Assembly: GCA_043822705.1 (NCBI GenBank)
Contig: JBDRBK010000169.1
Span: 1 to 34,464 of the forward strand
DNA from: Fidelibacterota bacterium
GTDB taxonomy: Bacteria > Fidelibacterota > Marinisomatia > Marinisomatales > TCS56
Direction: 5' to 3'
Length of the DNA: 34,464 bases
The notes under the pieces were generated by a model. The model did not search any database, had not been told where the DNA came from, and was given only the letters and a program-made list of their open reading frames with translations. Of this stretch, positions 9,410 through 19,340 are shown one piece after another. A program made the translations under genes and the position numbers. Position 1 is the stretch's first letter; each line of letters starts with the position of its first letter.

Positions 9410-10063
9410 TCAGGACCGAACGCCAAAATCATTCAGCAGGAGACCACCGCGGAACATAAGGTAGATGCCCAGCATCTGGATGACATGGTAAATATCATTG
9501 TGATTGAAGTGCTTATGCAGCGTGAAACCACTCATCTGAACACCGGCGGCAGCAAAGCTGACCACAATACCGGCAATCATCCAGCCGCTGCCGGCAGCCC
9601 CTTTGGCGATATAGCTGTAGCTCATCACCAGCAGTATAAATATCATGGTCGGGCCATAAAACTTAATCACATTGATGAAGCGGTCGTCACGCCAGACAAA
9701 CAGCAGGTAAGCCAGCAGTAACGCGCCGGCCAGCCAGCGCAGCATCTGCACCGTGGCAAATGGAAAGGCATGGTAAAACGCTGACATCAACAGGAAAAAA
9801 GCTGCGAAACCGATCGAGAATGTCGTCAGTTTCCAGAGCAGTGTTCTGAATCCGGGACTCAGATGCGGACTAATCCCATGGCTGAGTGCACCTAACAGAG
9901 CGCCCAGAGCCAGCATCCAGAATGCACGGGAAAAATGCCAGTGCAGATTCATCAGCCGCTCCCAGTACCAGGCCCCGATCTCCCAGGCGAACCAGGCCGT
10001 CATGCCCGCCAGCACCAGGTCGGTGAAAACAGTCATCGGTTCGTAAATCAATTGCTTTTCCAT
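9410..10063 (-). CDS. Multi-pass membrane protein (DUF6962-like, possibly CREST-type hydrolase)
   Basis: About seven hydrophobic segments. N-terminal TD, LSHG and C-terminal HFNHNDIYH His cluster. Confidence 0.65.
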   Translation of the reverse strand: MEKQLIYEPMTVFTDLVLAGMTAWFAWEIGAWYWERLMNLHWHFSRAFWMLALGALLGALSHGISPHLSPGFRTLLWKLTTFSIGFAAFFLLMSAFYHAFPFATVQMLRWLAGALLLAYLLFVWRDDRFINVIKFYGPTMIFILLVMSYSYIAKGAAGSGWMIAGIVVSFAAAGVQMSGFTLHKHFNHNDIYHVIQMLGIYLMFRGGLLLNDFGVRS

Positions 10064-10082
10064 AACATTTCTCCCGGATAAA

Positions 10083-11330
10083 TTAATTGGTTCGGGCTTC
10101 TCCCCGTTGCACCGGTGTCATGAAGCCCAGGGCAATCAGCAGTGTCAGGGCACCGTAGATAAAGGCAGTGGCGTAATTATTGGCAAACGACTGGATGATG
10201 AAACCGGCCAGAATCGGTCCGACGATCGCCGATAACTGCGATGCCAGATAGTACAACCCGGTATAGATGCCCAGGTGTCCCTCCGGGGCCATATCCAGAA
10301 CCATCGGCAATGAATTGACCAGAATCAGCGACCAGGCGATACCGCAAAGCGGCAGCACGATTTTTGTCTCGAAAATCGTATGTATGGTAAAACCGTAGGC
10401 GAGTAGAGCCGCAAAGATGATGATTCCCAGCGATATGGTCCGCTTTCGTCCGATCCGGCTGCCGATAAAACCGCTCAACGGCGAAAACAGCACGATCGGC
10501 AGTGAGAAAAAGGCCAGCAGAACCGTAGCCTGGCCGCTGTCCACGCCCAGCCGGTTCACGGCAAATGAAGTGAAAAATACCTCCAGCGCTCCATAGCCCA
10601 GAAACCAGAAAAATATGGCGCCCAGGAGAAATCGCGCCGAGCGATCATGGCCGCGAAAAACCGTTTTCAGACTCTTCAGTAACTTAGGTTCTTCTTCGGC
10701 GGCAAAGGATTTTCCCTGCTCCGGCTCACGGATGAACAGCACCACCATGGCGCAGCCGAACAACATCACCGCACCGCCGAAATAGAATGGCGCTCCCAGG
10801 GAAATTTTGAACAGGGCGCCACCCACCGCAAAGGCCAGGACCGCCCCGACGCCACCCATCAGATTGATCACTCCGTTGGCCTGGGAACGTTTGGGTGACG
10901 GAGTAATATCACCCATTAATGAAATCACCGGTGTTCGGAACATATCCATGGCGAACAAGGTCAAGGCGATTGCCGCCATAAAATACAATAGCGAATTGCC
11001 GACGAAAAATGGAATGGCGACGAAACCAATCAAGGCTATCGGCGCACCGACCGCGATAAACGGTTTGCGCCGTCCGATCCTGGTCCACAACCGATCGGAA
11101 GCGGCCCCGATAAAGGGCAGAATGAACAGCGCAGCGATATTATCCAGTGTCATAATGAAACCGGTCATACCGGCACTCATTCCGAAGCCCAGTACGCCGG
11201 CCGAAGTGCTGTAGTCGGAACGCCCCGCCTGGAGAAAAATCGGGACATAGGCATTGTAGATACCCCACAGCAGGGTCACGCCCATAAAACCGAAACCCAG
11301 CAGCAGAATTCGCCAGTAATTAAATTTCAT
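10083..11330 (-). CDS. MFS transporter (SLC45/GPH sugar-porter-like)
   Basis: About 12 TM segments. Motif-A-like GAASDRLWTRIGRRKPF and GSRIGRK. RTPVISLMGDITP...RSQANG. ATG 11330 with GGAG upstream. Confidence 0.9.
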   Translation of the reverse strand: MKFNYWRILLLGFGFMGVTLLWGIYNAYVPIFLQAGRSDYSTSAGVLGFGMSAGMTGFIMTLDNIAALFILPFIGAASDRLWTRIGRRKPFIAVGAPIALIGFVAIPFFVGNSLLYFMAAIALTLFAMDMFRTPVISLMGDITPSPKRSQANGVINLMGGVGAVLAFAVGGALFKISLGAPFYFGGAVMLFGCAMVVLFIREPEQGKSFAAEEEPKLLKSLKTVFRGHDRSARFLLGAIFFWFLGYGALEVFFTSFAVNRLGVDSGQATVLLAFFSLPIVLFSPLSGFIGSRIGRKRTISLGIIIFAALLAYGFTIHTIFETKIVLPLCGIAWSLILVNSLPMVLDMAPEGHLGIYTGLYYLASQLSAIVGPILAGFIIQSFANNYATAFIYGALTLLIALGFMTPVQRGEARTN

Positions 11331-11583
11331 CGGCTCGCTCCCTATCAATTAAACAGTTGTAATCTGATAAGCGGTCAGCAGCGATCCATTCCGGATATCG
11401 AGTTAGCGGTGTAACTAGACCACGATACCAACCGGTTTTATGAGTCCCACAAAATTAATCAGAATGACTATTTTTACCTAATTAAAGGCCTTCTTTCCCA
11501 ACGACCGACGAATTCTGACTGGCTCGGTTTGTACCTGCTTGTTATAATAACAATAACCACCGGGACAGGCAGGAAAATGTTAA

Positions 11584-12447
11584 CTAGAAATGATAAGTGA
11601 AATTGATGATCGGAAACGGCCAGCCCTTCTGATTCAGGGATATTAATCCCCCTAGGTCGACAGATATCTTTTTCCCGAAAAACCGCATCGCCAGGATAAT
11701 GGGAATCATATCAGCGTCACTTTCCGGAGTGATCCAGGTTTCGCCGACAAAGGCCAGACTGTTTGACATCCGCTGATTGCCAGCCAGCACCAGGATCGGT
11801 CGTTCCATGAACTCAAATTCATCGTCAATCTGAACATAGCCCAATCCCAGTGATGCTGATGCGTGGTTAAAGCGATCACCTACCGTTCCGGTTACAAAAA
11901 CAAATCCAAATGCAAGATTTTCACTTTCTGAGATTGCAGGAAGTTTAATATACATCCCGCCCCCGGCCAGCCCGATCTTCCCCGCCTGCAATACAGTATA
12001 TTTCAGCGATGCCACAAGCGGTGTCTCGTCGACCTTGGCACCGGGGAACCAGAACGCACCCAGTTGGAGCGACAACACATTACCAAATCCATGATTATAG
12101 GATGGAAAGAACAGACAAAAATCACGACAATAAGAATGCTGGGCATCAATTGGGAAGGCCGACGGCGCGAACAGGTACATGCTTTTATTCGGATCCGGTC
12201 GCCAGACCTTTCCTGCTTCCACCTTACCGGAAAAGTCCTTGCGGCTTTCAATGGCCGTTATAGGTACCTGGACCACTATTCCCGACGGCATTCGTAAAGA
12301 CAGACTATTATCATCTTCCGCTGTGATCACCCCAATGTATTCAATACCGTCGCTGGTCACTATTTCGACCAGTTTCTCTTCGGTCTTTTTATCCCCGGCC
12401 AACAGTGGCAACTGTAAAATAAAAAGTACCAGGAACAGATTCTTCAT
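11584..12447 (-). CDS. Exported protein, probable outer-membrane beta-barrel with small N-terminal domain
   Basis: AGGAGG RBS then ATG 12447. Signal peptide. Amphipathic beta-strands. C-terminal INFTYHF resembles a BAM beta-signal. Confidence 0.65.
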   Translation of the reverse strand: MKNLFLVLFILQLPLLAGDKKTEEKLVEIVTSDGIEYIGVITAEDDNSLSLRMPSGIVVQVPITAIESRKDFSGKVEAGKVWRPDPNKSMYLFAPSAFPIDAQHSYCRDFCLFFPSYNHGFGNVLSLQLGAFWFPGAKVDETPLVASLKYTVLQAGKIGLAGGGMYIKLPAISESENLAFGFVFVTGTVGDRFNHASASLGLGYVQIDDEFEFMERPILVLAGNQRMSNSLAFVGETWITPESDADMIPIILAMRFFGKKISVDLGGLISLNQKGWPFPIINFTYHF

Positions 12448-12517
12448 TCCCCTACCTCCTTGCAACTGGTTAGCAATTGCCGTTGCCGATGGATTGGTAT
12501 TTCAATCTCGGCTTCGG

Positions 12518-12546
12518 AATTTATTGCCTTATCAACGCTGAGACAA
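12518..12546 (-). promoter_or_regulatory. Putative housekeeping promoter TTGTCT-N17-TAAATT
   Basis: Matches the recurring TTGnnn-N16/18-TAnnTT pattern upstream of several genes in this window. Confidence 0.5.
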
Positions 12547-12574
12547 TCTATTTCGCGGCAGCGATCACCGGCGC

Positions 12575-15103
12575 TTAGAATTCCAGCATGAATCCGCCCA
12601 CTGGAAAAGTTTTGTACTGCAGGACATCCTCTCTGGTGCCATCCGCGTTATACTGTTTATCCCAGATATTGTCGACGTTGAACACATTCATGATATTCAC
12701 GAAGGCCGTGAGACTCATGTGCTCGAAAAAATGTCGCTGCATGATCATGATATCGAAGCGATTATAGGCCGTTAACCGTTCGGTATTGTAATCCTGCCCC
12801 GGAAGTTCGAACCATTCCCGCAACTGATGATTATAAGTCAGCGGCGTGTACGGCTTCCCGCCGACATAGCGGTAACGGATGCCGATCTCCCATTCATCCG
12901 CTGGAGCCACCGGCAGCCAGGCGACAAACGACCACCATTTTTGTTCTTTCAGTTCCCGGAACCAGGTTTTTTTATGAAACTCGATTTTGTACCCGCCGGA
13001 CAGGGTCAGCACATCGCGGTAATCGTAAGACCAATTATAATATTTCCGGCGGTCCTGGTAACGAGGGTCGCGCCCCTGGGCAATATAATGAGAATAACTG
13101 ACGGTCCCCCAGAACTGTTCGGCCAGCTTTTTTTGCAACAGAAATTCGAATCCCTTGGAATAGCCTTCACCGATACTGATCAATTCCCGGCCACCGTCGG
13201 TGACGTCACTGGTCGTGTCGGACACGAACACCGGCATATTCCGGTATTGTTTGTGATAGATTTCCATGGTCAGCCGGATATCATTGGCAAAGAGATGTTC
13301 AACACCGGCGACATACTGGATCGTATGTTTGTTCAACAACGACTTCCCCGATTCGTCGAGCGCCAGCAGGGCATAGGCGGGCATCTGATAATGAGTGCCG
13401 AAGGCACCATTCAGTGAAGTTTTTTCAGTTAATTTATATGACAGGCCGATACGCGGCTCGAGTGATTGGTCGTCATTGTATTCGGTACAAAAATAATGCA
13501 GCCCGGCGTTGACCACAATTCGCAGGCCCAGATGCAGTTTGGCCTGGGCAAAGAGTTGGTAGGTCGAAAAGTGATCCTGTAAATTAATGCCCCAGCTCGG
13601 AAAAGTGTCCGCTACACTCACCTGGAAAGCGCGGACGGTATCCGCTCCATGATAATAACCCCAGATCGTATCCGATTCCATTACGACCGAATCAGCCTGC
13701 GCAATCGTCGGAAAATATTCAAGGTAAAACTGATCGGAGTCGGTTACGTTCCGGGGTAGGTCCGGTGTCAGCGGATTGGAATAGTAATAGTAGTACCGGT
13801 ACATTTCCTGCATACGATCTTCATAATCCAGCCGCATGTTTTTAATCTGGAAGCCGGCCCGGATTTCCAGCGCTGCGCTACGCCGTACCACCAGATCGCC
13901 TTTAAGCGCCAGGCAAGTCTCGTAATCATTTTTGTAGTAGTACCGATCCTTGGACAAATCGAAATCGAAACGGTAAACGTCATAATTCCACCAGGCCCCG
14001 GTTTGATACAAGGTCAGGCGCGAATAGGTATTTTTACTCCACAGGCTCTTCAATGACAGACCGACGGCGTACTCCGAACCTTTCACATCCACATTTTCGG
14101 CACCGCGACTCTGCGGTGATGGTTCACCTTCGATATTGATTCGATCGTTACCGTAGATGGCATTGAATATTAACTGCTGGCTGGAATTCAGATCATAGAT
14201 CAGCTTACTCTGCGTACTCCAGTATCGCGGTATTGCTACCATACCAATACTTTTTATCACCAGATCCAGATAGCTGATTTTGAATGACGAGAGAAACGAA
14301 CCGCGCCCGCCAGCCAGCGGTCCCTCGGCGTTCATACCAAGTCCGGACATATTCATATCCAGGTCAAGATTGTACTCATCACGGCTGCCTTCCCGCAACC
14401 GGATATCCATCACCGAAGAGGCCTTTCCGCCGTATTTGGCCGGGAACGCCCCGGCGATCAGATCGACCTGATCGACAAATTCGGTGTTGATCATATTGAC
14501 CGGTCCGCCGCCCAGCCCCTGATAACCGAAATGATTGGGATTGGGAATCTCCATATGATCCATGATGAAGAGATTTTCACCTGGTGCGCCGCCGCGTACG
14601 ATAATCTCGTTGTCCATGTCGGCGGCCGAGACTACGGCCGGCAGGGTCTGCATCATCTTTTGAATGTCGTACACGCCGCCGGGATCGCTACGGATTTCCG
14701 CGTAATCAACCGTCCGGCTGGAAGAAACCACATCCGGCTCTTTCTTGAAATAACTGCGGGTTACTTCCACCGCTTCCAGTTCCAGCACCGCCAGTGGCAA
14801 GTCGAAAGTAAGAATCGTCTGGCGCCCCGGATTTACCTGGACGTTCAGTTTAACCTCCGGTTCATAACCCATCATCAACGCTTTGACATGATAACTGCCG
14901 ACCGGCAGATCAGTAATAGCAAATTGTCCGGTCCCGTCGGTCGCAGCGCCCAGCTCACTATCAATAATGATCACATTGGCACCGGGCAAAGGTTGCAGTG
15001 TGACCTGATCCTGGACCACCCCGACGATACTACCGGTGATCGCCAGCAGGTGAATACCGGCCAGCGGAACAAATACCAAGTAAATAATCAGTTTTCGTAG
15101 CAT
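12575..15103 (-). CDS. TonB-dependent receptor with N-terminal carboxypeptidase-regulatory-like domain
   Basis: GSIVGVVQD...PLPGANV...GAATDGTGQF N-domain. Plug IIVRGGAPGENLF..D..EIPNPNH, GAFPAKYGG..SSV. Barrel with EPRIGLSY and NIMNVFN. C-terminal Phe. Confidence 0.93.
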   Translation of the reverse strand: MLRKLIIYLVFVPLAGIHLLAITGSIVGVVQDQVTLQPLPGANVIIIDSELGAATDGTGQFAITDLPVGSYHVKALMMGYEPEVKLNVQVNPGRQTILTFDLPLAVLELEAVEVTRSYFKKEPDVVSSSRTVDYAEIRSDPGGVYDIQKMMQTLPAVVSAADMDNEIIVRGGAPGENLFIMDHMEIPNPNHFGYQGLGGGPVNMINTEFVDQVDLIAGAFPAKYGGKASSVMDIRLREGSRDEYNLDLDMNMSGLGMNAEGPLAGGRGSFLSSFKISYLDLVIKSIGMVAIPRYWSTQSKLIYDLNSSQQLIFNAIYGNDRINIEGEPSPQSRGAENVDVKGSEYAVGLSLKSLWSKNTYSRLTLYQTGAWWNYDVYRFDFDLSKDRYYYKNDYETCLALKGDLVVRRSAALEIRAGFQIKNMRLDYEDRMQEMYRYYYYYSNPLTPDLPRNVTDSDQFYLEYFPTIAQADSVVMESDTIWGYYHGADTVRAFQVSVADTFPSWGINLQDHFSTYQLFAQAKLHLGLRIVVNAGLHYFCTEYNDDQSLEPRIGLSYKLTEKTSLNGAFGTHYQMPAYALLALDESGKSLLNKHTIQYVAGVEHLFANDIRLTMEIYHKQYRNMPVFVSDTTSDVTDGGRELISIGEGYSKGFEFLLQKKLAEQFWGTVSYSHYIAQGRDPRYQDRRKYYNWSYDYRDVLTLSGGYKIEFHKKTWFRELKEQKWWSFVAWLPVAPADEWEIGIRYRYVGGKPYTPLTYNHQLREWFELPGQDYNTERLTAYNRFDIMIMQRHFFEHMSLTAFVNIMNVFNVDNIWDKQYNADGTREDVLQYKTFPVGGFMLEF

Positions 15104-15184
15104 GGCTGTCTCTTTTTCACCGGAAAATTAATTTTAGATTCATTACTAATCCAGTAATTGATCATATGGTATCTGCCCAAGGAA

Positions 15185-15214
15185 TAAAAAAGCCCCACCG
15201 GCAACGGCGGGGCT
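15185..15214 (-). terminator. Rho-independent terminator
   Basis: Minus strand AGCCCCGCCG-TTGC-CGGTGGGGCT followed by a T-run, just after the stop at 15238. Confidence 0.85.
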
Positions 15215-15237
15215 GAAAATATTTATACCGGATAGCG

Positions 15238-15669
15238 CTACTGACGCAATCGGTAACAGGCACCCTCGATCGCACCGATGAATTTTTCGATCTGATTGGA
15301 TGTATGAAACATCTCATTCATTTTTTCGAATGTATCGACCGGGTACATCTCGGGATCGTACTCACGCAGGAAATTGGCCTCCAGTTTCAGAATCAGATCG
15401 CGCAGGACCTGCTTCGGCAGATCCTTGTTGCGCAGATAATTAAGCATCAGGTTGATCGTTCCGTCGGAAGACATGTGAAACAGGGTTATCAGACCGACAT
15501 CGGCCTGGCACTTGAATGTGAGCGTACCATGTTCCTTACCACGCCCCCAACTCAATTCATCAGCTTCCTTCTCGCTGAACTCGATAATACGAATGCCGAC
15601 CTTGGCGACTTCGCGGCCGCAGTTGGCTCGCATATCTTCAATAAAGTTTTCCTTATCCCATTTCGACAT
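15238..15669 (-). CDS. Hypothetical cytoplasmic protein
   Basis: Clean ORF with likely ATG at 15669 (MSKWDKENF...) and its own terminator. No recognised motif. Confidence 0.75.
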   Translation of the reverse strand: MSKWDKENFIEDMRANCGREVAKVGIRIIEFSEKEADELSWGRGKEHGTLTFKCQADVGLITLFHMSSDGTINLMLNYLRNKDLPKQVLRDLILKLEANFLREYDPEMYPVDTFEKMNEMFHTSNQIEKFIGAIEGACYRLRQ

Positions 15670-15900
15670 TATTAATCCTTGCCCCAAATTTTAAAGAATT
15701 GAAAAAATTCGCCGAGTGAAATTACATTTGCCATACTTTAGTTAAAAGTATCTACTTAGGGTTATTTGCAAAAAGAATAATTGCTTTTACGACTTTCCAC
15801 CGCAAGGAATTTCTGAGGTGGGGACTTATAAATAATGGTATTCGATTCGACTGGACTTTAAGCGACTGCCGATTGCGACAGATTCCCCAGCCGCCTGGGT

Positions 15901-16794
15901 TTACCCTCGGTTGGTTTCGATCACCCGTTTCAATTCGGTTCGGAATTCAATGACTACCTTGACATAATTATCCGAATGGTTGTAGGTGTAAATTGATTTC
16001 CAGTTGCGGGAATCCCGATTAAAATCGGTGCTTTTTCGTTCGTAGCGGTTCTGCACCAGGTAATTGGCGACGCTTTCCAGCGCATCCTCCCAAATGTAGG
16101 GGTCGACTCTGCCATCCCCATTGTTATCCTTGCCGTAGGAGTTGAGACTGGATGGTATAAACTGGGCGTACCCGATGGCACCGGCGTAGGAACCCCAGAC
16201 CGTTCCGGGGTCGAGCTGGTTATCGATGCAGAAATTGAAAAACTGTAGTAATTCCCGCTCCGCCCACTGCCGTTTACGGGGAATATCATGAGCGACAGTA
16301 TGGAATACATCCACTACCCGGTAATCGGCGTGGGATGCACCATACATCGATTCGACCCCGATGATCGCCAGCAGAATATATTCATCGACGCCATAGGTGG
16401 CGGCAATGTGGTGGACCAGTTCCCGGTGGGTGTCATGAAATTTTTTCCCGGCCCGGAGCCGCTCGTCATTGATAAATATTTTCCGGTAATTATTGTAGTC
16501 CAACGTCTCCGCCGGTCGGTTCCAGCGCCTGGTGACTGCTTCAACGACTTTCGGCGAAGCCTGGAGGGTGTTTTCCAGAATCCGCTGGAATTCACTGCCA
16601 TGGTATTCCAACTGGGCGAAAATATTGCTGTACATCTGCTGTACATCTTCACTGGCTGATAACGTTCGTACGACCGGCCAGAGTTGGGCGGACAATACCG
16701 CCGGTGCGGGTGGGGTCGATCCCCCGGGGTTGGCTACGGCGGGTATGTTGCCGGTTATAAGCACCGTCAGTATCAGTAATTTCAATCGGTTCAC
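15901..16794 (-). CDS. mltB: Lytic murein transglycosylase (MltB/SLT_2 family)
   Basis: Signal peptide. Catalytic IIGVES. GSYAGAIGYAQFIPSS. EF-hand-like DNNGDGRVD. SVANYL and YNHSDNY. Confidence 0.9.
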   Translation of the reverse strand: MNRLKLLILTVLITGNIPAVANPGGSTPPAPAVLSAQLWPVVRTLSASEDVQQMYSNIFAQLEYHGSEFQRILENTLQASPKVVEAVTRRWNRPAETLDYNNYRKIFINDERLRAGKKFHDTHRELVHHIAATYGVDEYILLAIIGVESMYGASHADYRVVDVFHTVAHDIPRKRQWAERELLQFFNFCIDNQLDPGTVWGSYAGAIGYAQFIPSSLNSYGKDNNGDGRVDPYIWEDALESVANYLVQNRYERKSTDFNRDSRNWKSIYTYNHSDNYVKVVIEFRTELKRVIETNRG

Positions 16795-16923
16795 CTTGTT
16801 AGTCCAGTCTGCATCTGCATCTATTAAGTTTAATCTTCGAATGGGAATTTTTCGATTCAGTCCCTGATCGGCTGCAAAGACAATACCAGTGCGTCGGCCG
16901 CCGTTCTTACCGTCTAAATCGGA

Positions 16924-19062
16924 TTATCTGATTCCCATTTCGGTCAGAATATGCACAGCTTCGGCAAATTTTTCCGTGATGAGCATAACATAACGAATAT
17001 CCACAGAAATTGTCCGTTGAATCGCCGGATCATATTTCCAGTCGCTCAATAGGGCTTCGAAATTACCATCGAAAGCCAATCCGATCAATTCACCCCGGCC
17101 ATTGATAACCGGGCTGCCGCTGTTGCCATTGGTTATATCGCAACTATGGGTAAAAGCCACCGGCACCGTATTTAATGTCGGATCGATCCAGTCACCGAAA
17201 TCCCGTTGACTTGCCAGTTCCAACAACCGTTCCGGTACGTCAAACGGTGGCGTTCCGGAATTCTTGGCGATCATTCCGTCGATCGTGGTGAACGGCCGGT
17301 ACGTTACCGCATCCGCTGGCTGGTAGCCGGCCACCGGACCGTAGGTAAACCGGATCGTGCTGTTGGCCTCGGAATAAAGCAGCGTTTCTTCCCAACCTGT
17401 GGTAACCTCCAGATATTTACGGCGCAGCTCCTCGACCCGGGCATCAAATTCTTCTTCACGATTTCGCTGGTCTTCCATCTCCCGGTAGATTCGATCAGCC
17501 AGGTCAATAAACGGATCATTCAGGGCCAGGATCTCCGACGATGAAAGCTGGAACAGCGAGCGGGCGTATTCGGCATCATTTAATTTGGTGCCGGCAAACA
17601 TTTCGTGCAACCTGGCTTCAACTCCGGCCGGGGAATTCAACAGGTAATCGAGGCCGGCGATTCGTTCCGCGCCCTTCAGATTATTCGCCTGGTTCAGGGT
17701 ATATTTGAACAACAACAGCTCGGCCGGTTCATAAAAACTGTAAAATTCATAATCAAGTTTTCGCAGGTACCGTTCGATCTCAAGTTCCGAAAATTTCGGA
17801 TCGCGCTCGGCCGGTGGTTTTTCCCGCTCACGAACGGTATAAACCAGTTGATTGACCAGTACCGGCAGGGTGCCAGCGGTGCGTAAAAACAAGTCCAATA
17901 CCGCATCCCGATTCCGGTAATTCAGCCTGTGAAGGTATAAATCATCGAATTCATCGAATAACCGGGCTTGTGATTTCTTGAAGCGTTTATCATGGCTGAT
18001 GAATTTCCGGAGTTGCTCTTCCTTGCGCAATTGCGACTGATAAAAATCGTAGCGTTCCATCCCCGCCAGTACGCCGATATATTTTTTCAGGTAATTATTC
18101 ATCGATTTGGTGCGACCGGAGACCTTGATGGCTGCACCCGGTGAATCCATTCCGACCGAATCCAGCAGGGCGACCGCCTCCCGGTATATCCGGATCGCCT
18201 GAGGATAATAATAATCGCGGTAGTATTGGATATCGGCGGCGGTACGAAAACGCGACGTCCGGCCCGGATAACCGATGATGAAGGTCTGATCGCCTTCGTT
18301 CAGATCGCCCCGGGCAATTTTCAGCCAGGTCCGCGGCTGGTAGGGAATATTGTCCTCGGCGTAGGACCGGCCGATGCCGTCCGGGGAAACGTAGACCCGC
18401 AGGAAGGCAAAATCGCCGGTATGGCGCGGCCACATCCAGTTGTCGATGTCGGCGCCGTAATTACCGATGGATTGGGGCGGCATATAAACGACCCGCACGT
18501 CGTCGAACCGCCTGTGGATGAACAAGTAGTAGGCGTTGCCGAAATTCATAGACACGATCCTGGCCTCGATATCTTCAGCGGCGGACTGTAGTTCATCGGT
18601 GCGGGCGGTGATATAGGAACGTATTTTCCGTGATCGCTCCAGAGGATCGGTAATCCCCTTTGCCACTGCCAACACTTCCCCGGTCACATCCCGCATTTCC
18701 AGCAGCAGGCTGGCAGTGTATCCGGGCGCACGAATTTCTTCGGACCGGGTTTCGGCCAGGAAGCCGTTGGTCAGGTAGTCGGTTCCTCGGGTGGAGGCGC
18801 GCTGGACTGCCCCGAAAGCAACGTGGTGATTGGTCAGGATCAATCCCTGCGGCGAGACGAACGCAGCGGTGCCGCCGCCCAGTTTGATGACTGCCTCGGC
18901 CAGACATGGTTCGCCCGGCTGGTAAATCTCAGCGGCGGACAGGGTCATCCCCGGTCCGCTCAAATCCAGATCGGCAATCTGGTTCAACAGCCACAAACCT
19001 TCATCGGCGCAGACCGTCCCCCCCAGGAAAAATATTAAAAACGACAGGAATATTTTTTTCAC
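16924..19062 (-). CDS. S46 family dipeptidyl peptidase (DPP7-like)
   Basis: ADEGLW N-terminus, LTNHHV (His), DNWMWPRHTGDF (Asp), GNSGSP (Ser), GLAFDGN. Confidence 0.95.
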   Translation of the reverse strand: MKKIFLSFLIFFLGGTVCADEGLWLLNQIADLDLSGPGMTLSAAEIYQPGEPCLAEAVIKLGGGTAAFVSPQGLILTNHHVAFGAVQRASTRGTDYLTNGFLAETRSEEIRAPGYTASLLLEMRDVTGEVLAVAKGITDPLERSRKIRSYITARTDELQSAAEDIEARIVSMNFGNAYYLFIHRRFDDVRVVYMPPQSIGNYGADIDNWMWPRHTGDFAFLRVYVSPDGIGRSYAEDNIPYQPRTWLKIARGDLNEGDQTFIIGYPGRTSRFRTAADIQYYRDYYYPQAIRIYREAVALLDSVGMDSPGAAIKVSGRTKSMNNYLKKYIGVLAGMERYDFYQSQLRKEEQLRKFISHDKRFKKSQARLFDEFDDLYLHRLNYRNRDAVLDLFLRTAGTLPVLVNQLVYTVREREKPPAERDPKFSELEIERYLRKLDYEFYSFYEPAELLLFKYTLNQANNLKGAERIAGLDYLLNSPAGVEARLHEMFAGTKLNDAEYARSLFQLSSSEILALNDPFIDLADRIYREMEDQRNREEEFDARVEELRRKYLEVTTGWEETLLYSEANSTIRFTYGPVAGYQPADAVTYRPFTTIDGMIAKNSGTPPFDVPERLLELASQRDFGDWIDPTLNTVPVAFTHSCDITNGNSGSPVINGRGELIGLAFDGNFEALLSDWKYDPAIQRTISVDIRYVMLITEKFAEAVHILTEMGIR

Positions 19063-19340
19063 GTTGATCCTAATCGATTAATTTGGATTCTGACAGTGAA
19101 TATAATTTCTGTTAAAAAAAGGTATTTCGGTAGTTAAATATCGCGGGGGCGACTGGTTGACTGTTCCAAGTCGCGCCTGTATTACCGGCAAACCGGAAAT
19201 TCTTCATGGTATCTTGACACTGCCATTCTTCCGTAACTTCTGTCGCTGATTTGATTTTGCTGGGCGGTGTTTTATTCCTGTATTTGGAATGCTACCAGTC
19301 GTACTAATCAGCGGTCGCCAACGATTAACAGTATTATTCA

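Noticed and set aside
19063..19340. Possible fluoride riboswitch or CLC-F exporter
   Set aside because: No crcB-motif consensus is visible. The protein has GHGVP/GREGP/Y rather than CLC-F signatures. The GCGACT...AGTCGC hairpin is weak.
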